Below, in pieces: positions 17,916 to 27,591 of a DNA stretch of 64,000 nucleotides (position 1 is the stretch's first letter; each line of letters opens with the position of its first letter). The stretch is from Bryobacterales bacterium (GTDB taxonomy: Bacteria; Acidobacteriota; Terriglobia; Bryobacterales; UBA6623), in NCBI GenBank assembly GCA_965237575.1, contig CBDEGI010000002.1, forward strand, positions 160,424-224,423, in the 5' to 3' direction. The notes under the pieces are model-generated. The model was not told the origin of the DNA, searched no databases, and worked only from the letters and a program-made list of their open reading frames with translations. A program made the translations under genes and the position numbers.

Positions 17916-18887
17916 ATGCGACTTCTTGGCATGGGCCTCCTGGCCCTTTCGTCCGCGTTTTCCCAACAGCCCGACCTCGTCGTGGTCGAAAAGGTCTCCA
18001 ACAGCGTGGGCTTCTATACCTCCGAGGGCCAACGCGTGGCCGGCGTCCCGGTCGGCAAACATCCCCACGAGATGGTCTTTTCGCCCGACGGGCGGCTGCT
18101 CTACGTCAGCGATAACGGCATCCTGTGGATGACCTATGCCGGCGAAGGCGGCAACACGATCTCGATCATCGACCTGGAGCAAAGAAAGAGGACCGGCGTC
18201 ATCGATCTGGGCGACTATCGCCGCCCGCACGGCATGGACCTCGATCCGCGAACCGGCCGCATGGTCGTCACCATCGAAAACCCCGACGGCCTCTTGCTGA
18301 TCGATCCCGCCGCGCGAAAGGTCCTACGCAAGTACGACGTCGAGGGCGCCGATCCGCACATGGTGATCCTCGGCCCGAAAGCCGAGTGGGCCTACGTCAG
18401 CAACACCGCGACGGCCGCGGTCGCCGCGGTACATCTAGAGACCGGCGACGTCAGTCTCATCCCCACCGGCAAGAGGCCCCAGGGCGCGGTGCGTTCCCAT
18501 GACGGCAAGCTGCTCTACGTGACCAACTCCGAGAGCAGCGCCATCGCGATCATCGACATGCAAAAGAAAGAGAACGTCGGCAGCATCAAGACCAGCGGCG
18601 GCCCCGGACGCGTTGCGCTCACCCCTGACGGCAGGCAGCTCGTCTACAACATCCAAAGCGATCCGGCGGTGGGTTTCGCCGACATCGCTTCCGGCAAAGA
18701 GACAGCGCGCATTCCGCTGCCTGGACCGCCCCTATCGCTGACGCTCTCCGCCGACGGCCGGTGGGCTTACACCGGCGTGCAGTCGCTCGATAAGGTCTAC
18801 ATCATCGACGTCGCCTCCAAGAAAGTCGCGCGCGGGTTCGATACGCCGAGAAACTCCGGCCCCGACCCCGTTCTGCCGCTTCCTTAA
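17916..18887 (+). CDS. YVTN/YncE-like beta-propeller repeat protein, exported
   Basis: MRLLGMGLLALSSAFSQQ is the signal. Repeated units have the form G..PHGM.F.PDG..LYV.N / P.G...S.DGK.LYVTN. I chose ATG 17916 rather than the track start 17847. Confidence 0.7.
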   Translation: MRLLGMGLLALSSAFSQQPDLVVVEKVSNSVGFYTSEGQRVAGVPVGKHPHEMVFSPDGRLLYVSDNGILWMTYAGEGGNTISIIDLEQRKRTGVIDLGDYRRPHGMDLDPRTGRMVVTIENPDGLLLIDPAARKVLRKYDVEGADPHMVILGPKAEWAYVSNTATAAVAAVHLETGDVSLIPTGKRPQGAVRSHDGKLLYVTNSESSAIAIIDMQKKENVGSIKTSGGPGRVALTPDGRQLVYNIQSDPAVGFADIASGKETARIPLPGPPLSLTLSADGRWAYTGVQSLDKVYIIDVASKKVARGFDTPRNSGPDPVLPLP

Positions 18888-19138
18888 AGAACGTAGAGGA
18901 TGAGGACGCCGGACTTGACGCGCGCAAACTTCGATGCCGGCGAGGGCGCTCCCAAAGCACCGACGCCGGTGCCGATCGGGCCGATCTGACGGACGCGGTA
19001 CTTCAAGAACCCTCACCATTTACCGGAAAGAAGATCCAACCATCAAAAGAAAAGTTCACCGGCTCCACGGACAAACCTCTGAGGGCTAAGGTCGAAGCAC
19101 GAGCTCTCCGGCCCAGCCGCTTGAAAAAGCGTCTTTGG

Positions 19139-20395
19139 CTAAAGAAATGACAAAGGTGTGCCCTCAGAAAGTACCATCGGGCGGCCGATGTTCGTCATGT
19201 ACTCCTTGGTGTGATCGACCCCGAGTTTGTTGTACAAGGTCGCGGTGAAGTCGGGCACTTCGACCGGGTTGTCCTTGACGAATCTCGCATCGTTGTCGGA
19301 GGAGCCCCAGACGCGGCCACCTTCGATGCCTCCGCCTCCGATGGTCAGCGAGAAACAATTCGGCCAGTGGTCGCGGCCGGTGTAGACGTTGATCTCGGGC
19401 GTGCGGCCGAACTCTCCTGTTACCAGCACGATGGTTGAGTCGAGCATGCCACGGTCGTGGAGGTCTTCGAGCAGAGTGGCGTAGGCACGGTCGAACTCGG
19501 GCAGGTAGTCGTTCGCCAAGTTTTCGAAGATGTTGGAGTGGTGGTCCCAGTTACCCCGCTTGACGGTGACGAAACGGACGCCCGCTTCGACCAGGCGGCG
19601 GGCCAGCAGGCAGCCCTGCCCCATTCCCGTGTGGCCGTACTGCTCCCGAAGCGTCTCCGGTTCCTGAGCGATGTCGAACGCCTTCTTTGCGAGTGGCGAG
19701 CGCATCAGCCCGAGTGCACGCTCGTAGTAGGAGTCAATCGAGTCAAAGGTGTTGCCGGTGTCCCATTGCGAGATCTTGGAGTCGACCAACCGCAACAGCG
19801 AGTAGCGGCTTTCCATCTGGGTCCAGTCAACGCCCATCGGCAGTTCGAGATCCCGGACGGAGTACTTTTCGACATTGGGGTCGCCCGCGCTGAACGGGTT
19901 ATACTGCGGCCCCAGGAAACCGGATTGCTCCCTGCGCCTTGCGGATGGGATCGACACGTAGGTCGGCAGCTCGTTGCGCGGACCCAGTTCCTTGGTCACT
20001 ACCGAACCGATCGAAGGATGCTTCATGGTCGGCAACGGCTTGTGGCCGGTCAACATGATGTCCGTGGCGCCCTCGTGGGAGCCGTCCTTGTGCGTCATCG
20101 AGCGGATGACGGTGAACTTGTCGGCCTGCTTCGCGGTGAGCGGCAAGTGCTCGCAGACCTGCAGTCCGGCGACGTTCGTCGGGATCGGCTTGAAGATGCT
20201 GCGATACTTCGCGCCCAGGTCGGGCTTGAGGTCAAACGTGTCGATGTGGCTCATCCCCCCGCCCAACAGCAGGTGAATGATCGAGAGATCCTTCTTGGGC
20301 GCCGCGTGGGCACGGAGCACGTCGCCCCACGACAGTAAGCCGAACGGTGCAATCGAGCCTATTTTGATGAACGAACGTCGGTCGAAGCGGCGCAT
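19139..20395 (-). CDS. DUF1501 (sulfatase-fold) protein with Tat-like signal
   Basis: MRRFDRRSFIKIGS..., LLLGGGMSHIDTFDLKP, ...TGEFGRTP..N...GRDHWP... are typical DUF1501 strings. Confidence 0.85.
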   Translation of the reverse strand: MRRFDRRSFIKIGSIAPFGLLSWGDVLRAHAAPKKDLSIIHLLLGGGMSHIDTFDLKPDLGAKYRSIFKPIPTNVAGLQVCEHLPLTAKQADKFTVIRSMTHKDGSHEGATDIMLTGHKPLPTMKHPSIGSVVTKELGPRNELPTYVSIPSARRREQSGFLGPQYNPFSAGDPNVEKYSVRDLELPMGVDWTQMESRYSLLRLVDSKISQWDTGNTFDSIDSYYERALGLMRSPLAKKAFDIAQEPETLREQYGHTGMGQGCLLARRLVEAGVRFVTVKRGNWDHHSNIFENLANDYLPEFDRAYATLLEDLHDRGMLDSTIVLVTGEFGRTPEINVYTGRDHWPNCFSLTIGGGGIEGGRVWGSSDNDARFVKDNPVEVPDFTATLYNKLGVDHTKEYMTNIGRPMVLSEGTPLSFL

Positions 20396-20405
20396 GGCTT
20401 GTCCA

Positions 20406-22916
20406 CTAATGGTTGTACAGATACTCCTTCGAATTCAAGATCGCCCACAACAGGTCTTGAAACACCTGGCGGCGCTCCTGCTCCGCCAACTTGGCCGTGA
20501 TCGCCTCACGCTCGGCCGGACGCGGGTAGCGCGACAGCGACGTCAGGAAGATGCGAGCCAACTGCTGCTCGTCGTCGAGAGCGGGGTCGGGCTCCCACTT
20601 GGATACCTTTTCGTGGATGGTGTCTCCCGAGATCATGTGCAGCACTTGGGTGATGTCGGGCTGGTGGTCGCGCTCGCAAATGGTCTCGCGGTCCAGCCGC
20701 CCGAAGGTTTCGAGTATGTAGTGGGGCTTTCCTGAGTAGACCTGCATGGCGCGCGTACCCGGAGGATAGCCGTCGTATTTTTCCGGTATGCCCGTGATCT
20801 GCACGATGGTATCGAGGATCTGCTCGGCGAGGAGTCGTCGCATGTAATAGTGCGAGGAATTAATCCGGTCGGCGCGGTTGGAGTCGTTCGGCTCGGAGCT
20901 TAACTGATACGTACGCGAATTGAGAATCGCCCGGATCAAGTGACGCAGGTCATAGTCGTGGCTTGAGAGGTCCTCCGCCATCGCGTCGAGCAGCGCGGGA
21001 TTGACCGGCGGATTCGTAACGCGGAAATCGTCCACTTCCTCGACCAATCCACGGCCCAGGTAGTGCTTCCAAACCCGGTTGACGATGGTTCGCGAGAAGA
21101 ACGGGTTTTGCGGGTCGGTCATCCATCGCGCGAGGTCTTCGCGAACATCCTTTTCGGGTAGATCGGGCTCGAGGCCGCCGTCGAGATACTTGGGTAAAAC
21201 AACCTGCTCGGTCGCGGGATGCTTGACGGGACGGGGCTTCATTACGAAATCGACCGGCTCCGGCGCCCAGTAGTGGCCGTTTTCGTCGTTCTGATAGACC
21301 TCCTTCTTGGCCATGCGAGCGAAGAAGGCGGCGAATCCGTAGAAGTCGTCTTGCGTCCATTTTTCCCACGGATGGTTGTGGCAGCGAGCACACTCGATGC
21401 GCACGCCAAGGAAGAGCTGGCTGATGTTGGTGGCGTGGTCCTCGGCTTCGGAGTGGCGGCTGATGTTGTAGAAGCTAGTGGGCCCGATGTTGCCGAACTC
21501 GAACAAGTGCGCGCCTTGGCTAAGCAGCACTTCGGTGACCAGTTGGTCGTAGGGCTTGTGGTCGAGGAACGATTGCTTCAGGTATTGGTAGACCAGCCGT
21601 GCGCCCTTGGCGCCTGCCTCGTGGGTTCCGGCGCGAAACATCTCCGTGAACTTCAGCGCCCAGAACTCTGCAAACTCAGGTCTCTCGAGCAAACCGTCGA
21701 TGAGCTTGGCCCGCTTGTCGGGGTCGGTCGATTCGAGAAACTCCACGGCTTCTGTTTCGGTGGGAAGCAAGCCGATCGTATCGAGATAGACCCGGCGCAG
21801 GAATTGCTCGTCATCGGCCAGCCTGGAAGGTGAGATGTGGAGGCGCTCGAGTTTTGAGAAGACGTCTTCGTCGATGTAGTTGTTGCGCGGTGCGTCGGCC
21901 GCGTCTGAGGTCCGCAGTTCTTCCGGCTGCGGAACATAGAACTTGGCCGCCACGGCCCGGCCCAGCGTACGCACCATGACGGCCGTTTCGCCTGGCTGCA
22001 GTGCCTTGATCTTCCCGTCCGCTGAAACCTCGATGACATCCGGGTTGTTGGAAGAGTACTGCACGAGGTGGGTGACGTCGCGGCTTGTTCTGTCGGTGTA
22101 GGTCGCTGTTGCCACCAACTGTTGAGCGGCACCCACACCACCGAGGATGCGTTCTTCGGGATAGACGGTCAGAGATTCGATTCGGGGCGCGTCACCGCTG
22201 TCGTACTCGGCGCCATCGCGGATCCAATCGAGAATCGTGCGGTAGTCGAGCGAATCGACCGAGAAACGGACGCCCCCGCCGTGAGCGACCTCAAACGTCG
22301 GTTTCTGAAGCAGGAGACTCTTCTCGGGATTCTCGCGATCGATGCGGGGCTGAATCGCCTCGTAGTCCAGGTCGGGCTCGTATCCGAAGAGAGACAGCTT
22401 GAACCCGTTCTGACCGCTGATCGACCCGTGGCAGGACGAACCGGCGCATCCACCCATCGTGAAGATCGGCATGACGTCTTTGACGAAACTCACCTTGGGT
22501 TTTTCACCGGCTGACGCGACGAAAACCGGGACCGTAGCACTTCCTTCCTCGCACTCAACCCCCAGTGTGGCCTTCCCGTTGGCCAATGCGGTCAGAACGC
22601 CTTCGGGTGAGACGGAGGTGACATACGGGTTATCCAGTTGGAAGGAACAGCCACCGGTAACATCGCGGTCGTTCGCGCTGACGGTCAGTACCTGCGCAGC
22701 GCTGGCCCCGAGTAGGTGGACCGACGGAGGATAAACGGAGATGCCCACCGCCCAGGCGGGCGTGGCAACCGCGAGCAAGGTAAGGATTCTGGTGGATTGT
22801 CGCAAAGAACACCTAATGGTAAACGAGCAGCCGGGCGGGCGCGGGGGCCCGCCCCTACAGCCTCGTTGGATGCTTCGACGCCTAAGGAAGCACCACGACA
22901 TTCCATCAGTTTTCAT
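20406..22916 (-). CDS. DUF1549/DUF1553 (PSCyt/PSD-type) protein with N-terminal Ig-like (Big_2-like) domains
   Basis: FLRRVYLDTIGLLPTETEAVEFL...DKRAKLIDGLLERPEFAEFWALKF is DUF1549, CARCHNHPWEKWTQDDFYGFAAFF is DUF1553, and GCAGSSCHGS is a heme-like motif. The start is uncertain (22916 or ATG 22901). Confidence 0.85.
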   Translation of the reverse strand: MKTDGMSWCFLRRRSIQRGCRGGPPRPPGCSFTIRCSLRQSTRILTLLAVATPAWAVGISVYPPSVHLLGASAAQVLTVSANDRDVTGGCSFQLDNPYVTSVSPEGVLTALANGKATLGVECEEGSATVPVFVASAGEKPKVSFVKDVMPIFTMGGCAGSSCHGSISGQNGFKLSLFGYEPDLDYEAIQPRIDRENPEKSLLLQKPTFEVAHGGGVRFSVDSLDYRTILDWIRDGAEYDSGDAPRIESLTVYPEERILGGVGAAQQLVATATYTDRTSRDVTHLVQYSSNNPDVIEVSADGKIKALQPGETAVMVRTLGRAVAAKFYVPQPEELRTSDAADAPRNNYIDEDVFSKLERLHISPSRLADDEQFLRRVYLDTIGLLPTETEAVEFLESTDPDKRAKLIDGLLERPEFAEFWALKFTEMFRAGTHEAGAKGARLVYQYLKQSFLDHKPYDQLVTEVLLSQGAHLFEFGNIGPTSFYNISRHSEAEDHATNISQLFLGVRIECARCHNHPWEKWTQDDFYGFAAFFARMAKKEVYQNDENGHYWAPEPVDFVMKPRPVKHPATEQVVLPKYLDGGLEPDLPEKDVREDLARWMTDPQNPFFSRTIVNRVWKHYLGRGLVEEVDDFRVTNPPVNPALLDAMAEDLSSHDYDLRHLIRAILNSRTYQLSSEPNDSNRADRINSSHYYMRRLLAEQILDTIVQITGIPEKYDGYPPGTRAMQVYSGKPHYILETFGRLDRETICERDHQPDITQVLHMISGDTIHEKVSKWEPDPALDDEQQLARIFLTSLSRYPRPAEREAITAKLAEQERRQVFQDLLWAILNSKEYLYNH

Positions 22917-25011
22917 GCGACGTCTCTGTTGCGGCCCGCTTCTCGGCCGGCGCGATCACAATCGGATGGGACTTGCCGAGCTGCCTCCCCTCCGTTCTAC
23001 CGATCAGGACGATCGACGCGGGGGCTCTCACCGAGGATGTGACCTTAAGCATCGCGACGGTGGTGCTCGGTTGGAGGACCGCCGGTTCGACGATGATTCC
23101 TGCGGGACCTTCTCCCACGATCTCGAGTGGGGATGTGCCCTCGTCCAAACGGTTGACGATGACGCGGATTTCGCCCGGCTCATCGGGTGGCACGGTCACT
23201 TCGTCCGGAGTCGCCAGCACTAGCGTGGGGGGATCGGCGACCGTCGCCAGCAGTCTTGCGGTTTGCGCGTCGCCCATGATTTTCCCGGTGCTTCTAAACC
23301 GGTACTGCGTATGGCCTTCGCGTTCGACCGTGCGGCCTTCCATCACTCCTCGCCCCCGGAAGCGGATCCGGCTCAAGCCGGCGGGAGCATCCGTGGCGAC
23401 GTGGATCGGGATCTCCACTTTGGTGCCGTCCATGGTGTGCGCCTCGCCGCAGGTGTTTCGGAACGGTGTATTGACCGGCTGCACCACAACCTTCTCGGCG
23501 GTTACCCCTTCCGGCAGGTCTTCGGCCCAGACCTCGACCGGCGTGTTCCAGCCTTGCAGCCGCCGCAGCCAGACAGTCACCACGTTCTTTCGGCCGCGGT
23601 AGAAGGTCTCGTCGGTGCCAACGACCTTCACCTTGAACTCTGGCTCAGCGCGCTTCACGGTCAGACGATACGGGAAGTTGGGGTGGCCAAGAAACGCCGC
23701 GTCGCGGATCTTGGCCACGTAGCGGCCTGCTTTGGGGAGGTCGATCGCCAAGTGGGGGTCCATGTTCGCGGGATTCCTGCCGGTGTTGGTGGCGGGCTCG
23801 TCTTGATACGCAATCCGCTGGCCGGAGTCGTCGTAGACCTCGATGAGGGGATCGAACGGATAGTTGAGCTTCATCGACGCGACTGCGAGCAGGACCCTTT
23901 GCGGCGTGTCCACCCGAAATGAAAAATAGTCGGCGGCCTTGCGCTTGTCGATGACACCGTTAGCGACCACCGGCATGGTGACGGCATAAGGGTCGTCTCG
24001 CTGCCTCGCAGCGTCGCCCAGAACCGTGACCTCAGGGAACTCCGAAACCACGAACGGCACCGGCAGTGTTGCTCCATCAACGTGGAGTTGATGGACGCCG
24101 AGGGGCATGTCGTCGGGGATCTCCAGGCGAACCCTCGCTGCATTCGGGCTTCGCGAGAGAACCTGCCCGCGCGCTCGCCCCTCGCCAAGGACAACGCCGC
24201 TGAGCCCGGAGAGGTTGACTCCACTCAGCAAGATCTCGACCGGCTTGCCGCGCCGGCCTCCCATCGGCATGGCGTGGTCGACTTGCGGCATCTCGCCAGC
24301 GGTGAGCCGGTAATCGGATGTCTCGGATCCTTGCTCGCTGGTGCCGTAGAGGCGCAGGTAGTACGTTCCGTCGTAGCGAAAGGTGTGGACTAGATGAGCG
24401 TCCTTGAAAATATAGTAGTCATCGGAATAGGCGATCTCAACGCCGTTGCCATCGAGGAGGCCGATGACGGGATCGAGGCGGGACCCATTCCTGGTAGCGT
24501 TGACATCGAACGTAATCGTCTGGCCCGCCCGTGCTTCAAAACGAAAATAGTCGTAGTCTTTTCTCTCGACAATGCCGTTGATCAGGACCGGGAACTCGAT
24601 CGCCTGCGCGTCGTCGCGATCGTTGTTGGGTTCCTGTTCAAAGGACTCAGGACGCGTGCTGACAGTAAACCAATTCAGAGTGGAGCCGTGGGGCGCGATC
24701 ACACGGAAGTCGTGACGGCCGGGCTCGGCGGCCGCATCGATGTGAACGCGTGCTTCGATGCGGTTATGCGCGGCCTTGAGGATTTTCGCTTGAAGCTTCG
24801 GGGTGGCGAAACGGATCTCCGAAGTGTCTTGCAGGTCCGCGCCACGAATCGTGATTTCGACGCTGGTGCCTTGCCGGCCTCCATGCGGGAACACCCCGCT
24901 CACGGCGGGTCGGATCGAGGGGATTGGAGACTCGGCCAGGAGAGTGGGGGCCAAGGCTAGCAATACTAGCCGCTGGAACGCTGCTTTGCTGGGGAACACT
25001 TGCGTGAACAC
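22906..25011 (-). CDS. exported protein with two pre-peptidase C-terminal (PPC)-like domains
   Basis: The signal is MFTQVFPSKAAFQRLVLLALAPTLLA. EQEPNNDRDDAQAIEFPVLINGIVERKDYDYFRFEARAGQTITFDV and a second ...ANGVIDKRKAADYFSFRVDTPQRVLLAV... unit match the PPC pattern. Confidence 0.65.
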   Translation of the reverse strand: MFTQVFPSKAAFQRLVLLALAPTLLAESPIPSIRPAVSGVFPHGGRQGTSVEITIRGADLQDTSEIRFATPKLQAKILKAAHNRIEARVHIDAAAEPGRHDFRVIAPHGSTLNWFTVSTRPESFEQEPNNDRDDAQAIEFPVLINGIVERKDYDYFRFEARAGQTITFDVNATRNGSRLDPVIGLLDGNGVEIAYSDDYYIFKDAHLVHTFRYDGTYYLRLYGTSEQGSETSDYRLTAGEMPQVDHAMPMGGRRGKPVEILLSGVNLSGLSGVVLGEGRARGQVLSRSPNAARVRLEIPDDMPLGVHQLHVDGATLPVPFVVSEFPEVTVLGDAARQRDDPYAVTMPVVANGVIDKRKAADYFSFRVDTPQRVLLAVASMKLNYPFDPLIEVYDDSGQRIAYQDEPATNTGRNPANMDPHLAIDLPKAGRYVAKIRDAAFLGHPNFPYRLTVKRAEPEFKVKVVGTDETFYRGRKNVVTVWLRRLQGWNTPVEVWAEDLPEGVTAEKVVVQPVNTPFRNTCGEAHTMDGTKVEIPIHVATDAPAGLSRIRFRGRGVMEGRTVEREGHTQYRFRSTGKIMGDAQTARLLATVADPPTLVLATPDEVTVPPDEPGEIRVIVNRLDEGTSPLEIVGEGPAGIIVEPAVLQPSTTVAMLKVTSSVRAPASIVLIGRTEGRQLGKSHPIVIAPAEKRAATETSHEN

Positions 25012-25222
25012 ACACCCCTCGGCGCCACTATAGCACCCGATGGGGATTATTCATTGACAAGCGCCGTAGCGTGCAGCGTCGTCGTTTGGTGGCGCTCTCT
25101 GGCGATCGCAGGCCGCGCTTCGCACCGCCTGGATGCGAAACCAGTACAATGTCGGCCACCGACCCTCGGTGCGAGTCAGGTTCTGGAAGCCCATCGTCTT
25201 CGCCCCTGCTATGGAGATCTCT

Positions 25223-26503
25223 ATGCGCCACGTTCGACAAAGTATCAGCACGGCCGTTGCTCTGCTGCTCGGCGGCATCGTTCTACCCACCTGTTTGCTT
25301 GCTCAGTCCATCGATGCGGCCAAACTGCACGACGAAGCGATCGTAGTGGACGGACACGTCCACATCATCACGCCCGTTTTCCACCAAAACATCGATCCGT
25401 GGAAGGTGCAGGAGACGGGCCTGTTCGACTACGCCCGCGCCAAGCAAGGTGGCCTCGACGTCGTCGTGCACACCGTCTACATCGAAGACCCCTACAACAA
25501 CTACAACTACGCGGTGAAGCAGGCCTGCCGCCTGATCGAGGTCTTCTACCGCGTGCTCGACGCAAACGCCGACAAGATGGAGCTTGCCCTCACCTCCGCC
25601 GACGTGCGCCGCATCGTCGCCAAGGGAAAAATGGCCGCGATCCTGGCGCTGGAAGGTGGCTTTGACACCGAGGGCGATCTCGACGTGCTGCGGCTGTTCT
25701 ACCGACTCGGCGTCCGCATGATTCAACCCATCAGCCACAACACGACCAACGCCTTTATGGACGCGGGTCTTGGGATCACAAAATGGGGAGGGCTCACCGA
25801 CCAGGGCCGTAAGGTGATCTCTGAGATGAACCGGCTGGGGATCTTGATCGACCTCTCGCACGCCACCGACGAGGCGAAACTCCAGATCATCGAAGCTAGC
25901 CGCGCGCCCGTCGTCGGCAGCCACCACGGGCTGCGCCACTTCATCGAACACAAACGCAACCTCTCGAACGAAGTGCTCAAGGCCATGGCGGCCAAGGGCG
26001 GGCTGATGGGCCTGCACTCGAGTTCCGGGTACATCGGCGTGAAGCTCGCCGAATGGCGGAAGGCCCAGTCCGCCGGCCCTAGCGCAACCCCATCAGCAAG
26101 GCTACGCCACCTTATCGAGGGGTTCGAATTCCACCGCCCTGCCTATGAAGACTTCGGAGCCTACATCGCCAAGCTCGACGCCAAGATGCACGACAAATGG
26201 AACAGTGGCGGCTACGGCACCCCTTGGCAGGAATCACACCGGAAAGCCATTGAAGCCGGCCGGCCCTTGCCGACTGTAGGCGATTGGGCGGACCTGGTCG
26301 ACTACGTCGTCGAGATGGTGGGCGACAGCCACATCGGGATCGGCCTCGATCTCATGAGCGGTCCGAACATGGTCGACTTTGACGCCACCGGATACGGCCG
26401 TCTCACCGAAGCCCTCGTCAAGAAGGGCTACAGCGAGCAACGCATCAAGAAGATCCTCGGCGAAAACTGGCTGCGGTTGTTCGACCAAGCCAAGGCGCCC
26501 TAG
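25223..26503 (+). CDS. membrane dipeptidase, peptidase family M19
   Basis: HDEAIVVDGHVHI, ILALEGG, DLSHA, VGSHHGLRH and IGIGLDL match the renal-dipeptidase family. The signal-like N-terminus is MRHVRQSISTAVALLLGG. Alternative starts are 25211 and 25133. Confidence 0.85.
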   Translation: MRHVRQSISTAVALLLGGIVLPTCLLAQSIDAAKLHDEAIVVDGHVHIITPVFHQNIDPWKVQETGLFDYARAKQGGLDVVVHTVYIEDPYNNYNYAVKQACRLIEVFYRVLDANADKMELALTSADVRRIVAKGKMAAILALEGGFDTEGDLDVLRLFYRLGVRMIQPISHNTTNAFMDAGLGITKWGGLTDQGRKVISEMNRLGILIDLSHATDEAKLQIIEASRAPVVGSHHGLRHFIEHKRNLSNEVLKAMAAKGGLMGLHSSSGYIGVKLAEWRKAQSAGPSATPSARLRHLIEGFEFHRPAYEDFGAYIAKLDAKMHDKWNSGGYGTPWQESHRKAIEAGRPLPTVGDWADLVDYVVEMVGDSHIGIGLDLMSGPNMVDFDATGYGRLTEALVKKGYSEQRIKKILGENWLRLFDQAKAP

Positions 26504-27591
26504 GACTCTGAGCCGGCGGCCTCGAACTTCACGGGCAACCCAAACTCTGTGGTCCAGGTCGTTTTCTCGTCGATCGGAACAACCTTCAGCGACCAACCGT
26601 AGCTCACCCGGCTGTCGTCGATGTCGCTGGGCCGCCCATCGGGCATGACGAAGCTTATCGAAGTGGCGGACCGCTTGTCTCCCACTGCGCGGTCGGCGGT
26701 GACGATCCGCTCGTCGGTCCACACGGTGGTCGTCGTGCCGGATTCGTCAGCCGAGGGCGCTGCTTCCATCCGGTAGAGCTGAAGCTCGAGCCGGAGCCTC
26801 ATCCTGCGAGCGGCAGGAAAGGGGATCTCGAGGATGGCGTCGAACCGCTCGCCGGCCGGGATCGGGTTTTCGGCGATGCGGAGGGTGGACCGTCCCCGCG
26901 TCGCGAGCTGCCAGACCACCGAGAGCGCGCCGAAGAGCAAGAGTCCGGCCATGAGGTAAAGCCCAGCGGTCAGAGCCATGAGGAATCCCCGCGCCTCCAC
27001 CTCCTCTCCGCGGAGCCCATGAGTCATCCCGAAGGCCCCGGCCAGAAACGCGAGCCCGGCAGCCACCAGAACCACCAGGTGCATCCCCTCGCCGCTCCCG
27101 ACCTCGGTCGGCGCGTCCCGCGGAGGCCCGCGACGGATGCGCTTGAAGATATCCACGCTCGCGAGGAGGAGACCGAGCGTGATCAAGTCGAAGCACAGGA
27201 CCATCCCGAACAGCAAGGGTCCTTCCTCGAGCGTGGCAGGCAAGCCGATGAAGGTCATCAACCCCAGGAATAGCGGCAAGATCACGAGGGCAGCCTTGAC
27301 CCAGAACATAACCGCGGGCCGCTCCTCGTGCGTGGGATATCGGAACACGTCGCCTCCAAGCAAGTCTAGTACGACCCACCGCCCATCGCTGCTGAGTCGA
27401 GTCCCGAAGTTGAATCGTTCTGGGGAAAGTAGTAGCCCGACCTTCCGCTTCATGTAGCTGAACCAGAGAGTTCGGCGGCTGTGCCCGTCTGCCGTGATCA
27501 CCGCCGCCCGCCGCAACACACTGGCCGGAAGGAACCCGATTTTCGGTGGGGAACAATTGTCATCGCCCTCCATATCCAGACGGCCCCTCAT
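26500..27591 (-). CDS. hypothetical polytopic membrane protein
   Basis: 363 aa. It has a soluble N-terminus, about four hydrophobic segments (VKAALVILPLFLGLMTFIGL, LLFGMVLCFDLITLGLLLASV, MHLVVLVAAGLAFLAGAF, FLMALTAGLYLMAGLLLFGAL) and a beta-rich C-terminal domain. Its start overlaps the upstream stop by 4 nt. Confidence 0.6.
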   Translation of the reverse strand: MRGRLDMEGDDNCSPPKIGFLPASVLRRAAVITADGHSRRTLWFSYMKRKVGLLLSPERFNFGTRLSSDGRWVVLDLLGGDVFRYPTHEERPAVMFWVKAALVILPLFLGLMTFIGLPATLEEGPLLFGMVLCFDLITLGLLLASVDIFKRIRRGPPRDAPTEVGSGEGMHLVVLVAAGLAFLAGAFGMTHGLRGEEVEARGFLMALTAGLYLMAGLLLFGALSVVWQLATRGRSTLRIAENPIPAGERFDAILEIPFPAARRMRLRLELQLYRMEAAPSADESGTTTTVWTDERIVTADRAVGDKRSATSISFVMPDGRPSDIDDSRVSYGWSLKVVPIDEKTTWTTEFGLPVKFEAAGSES

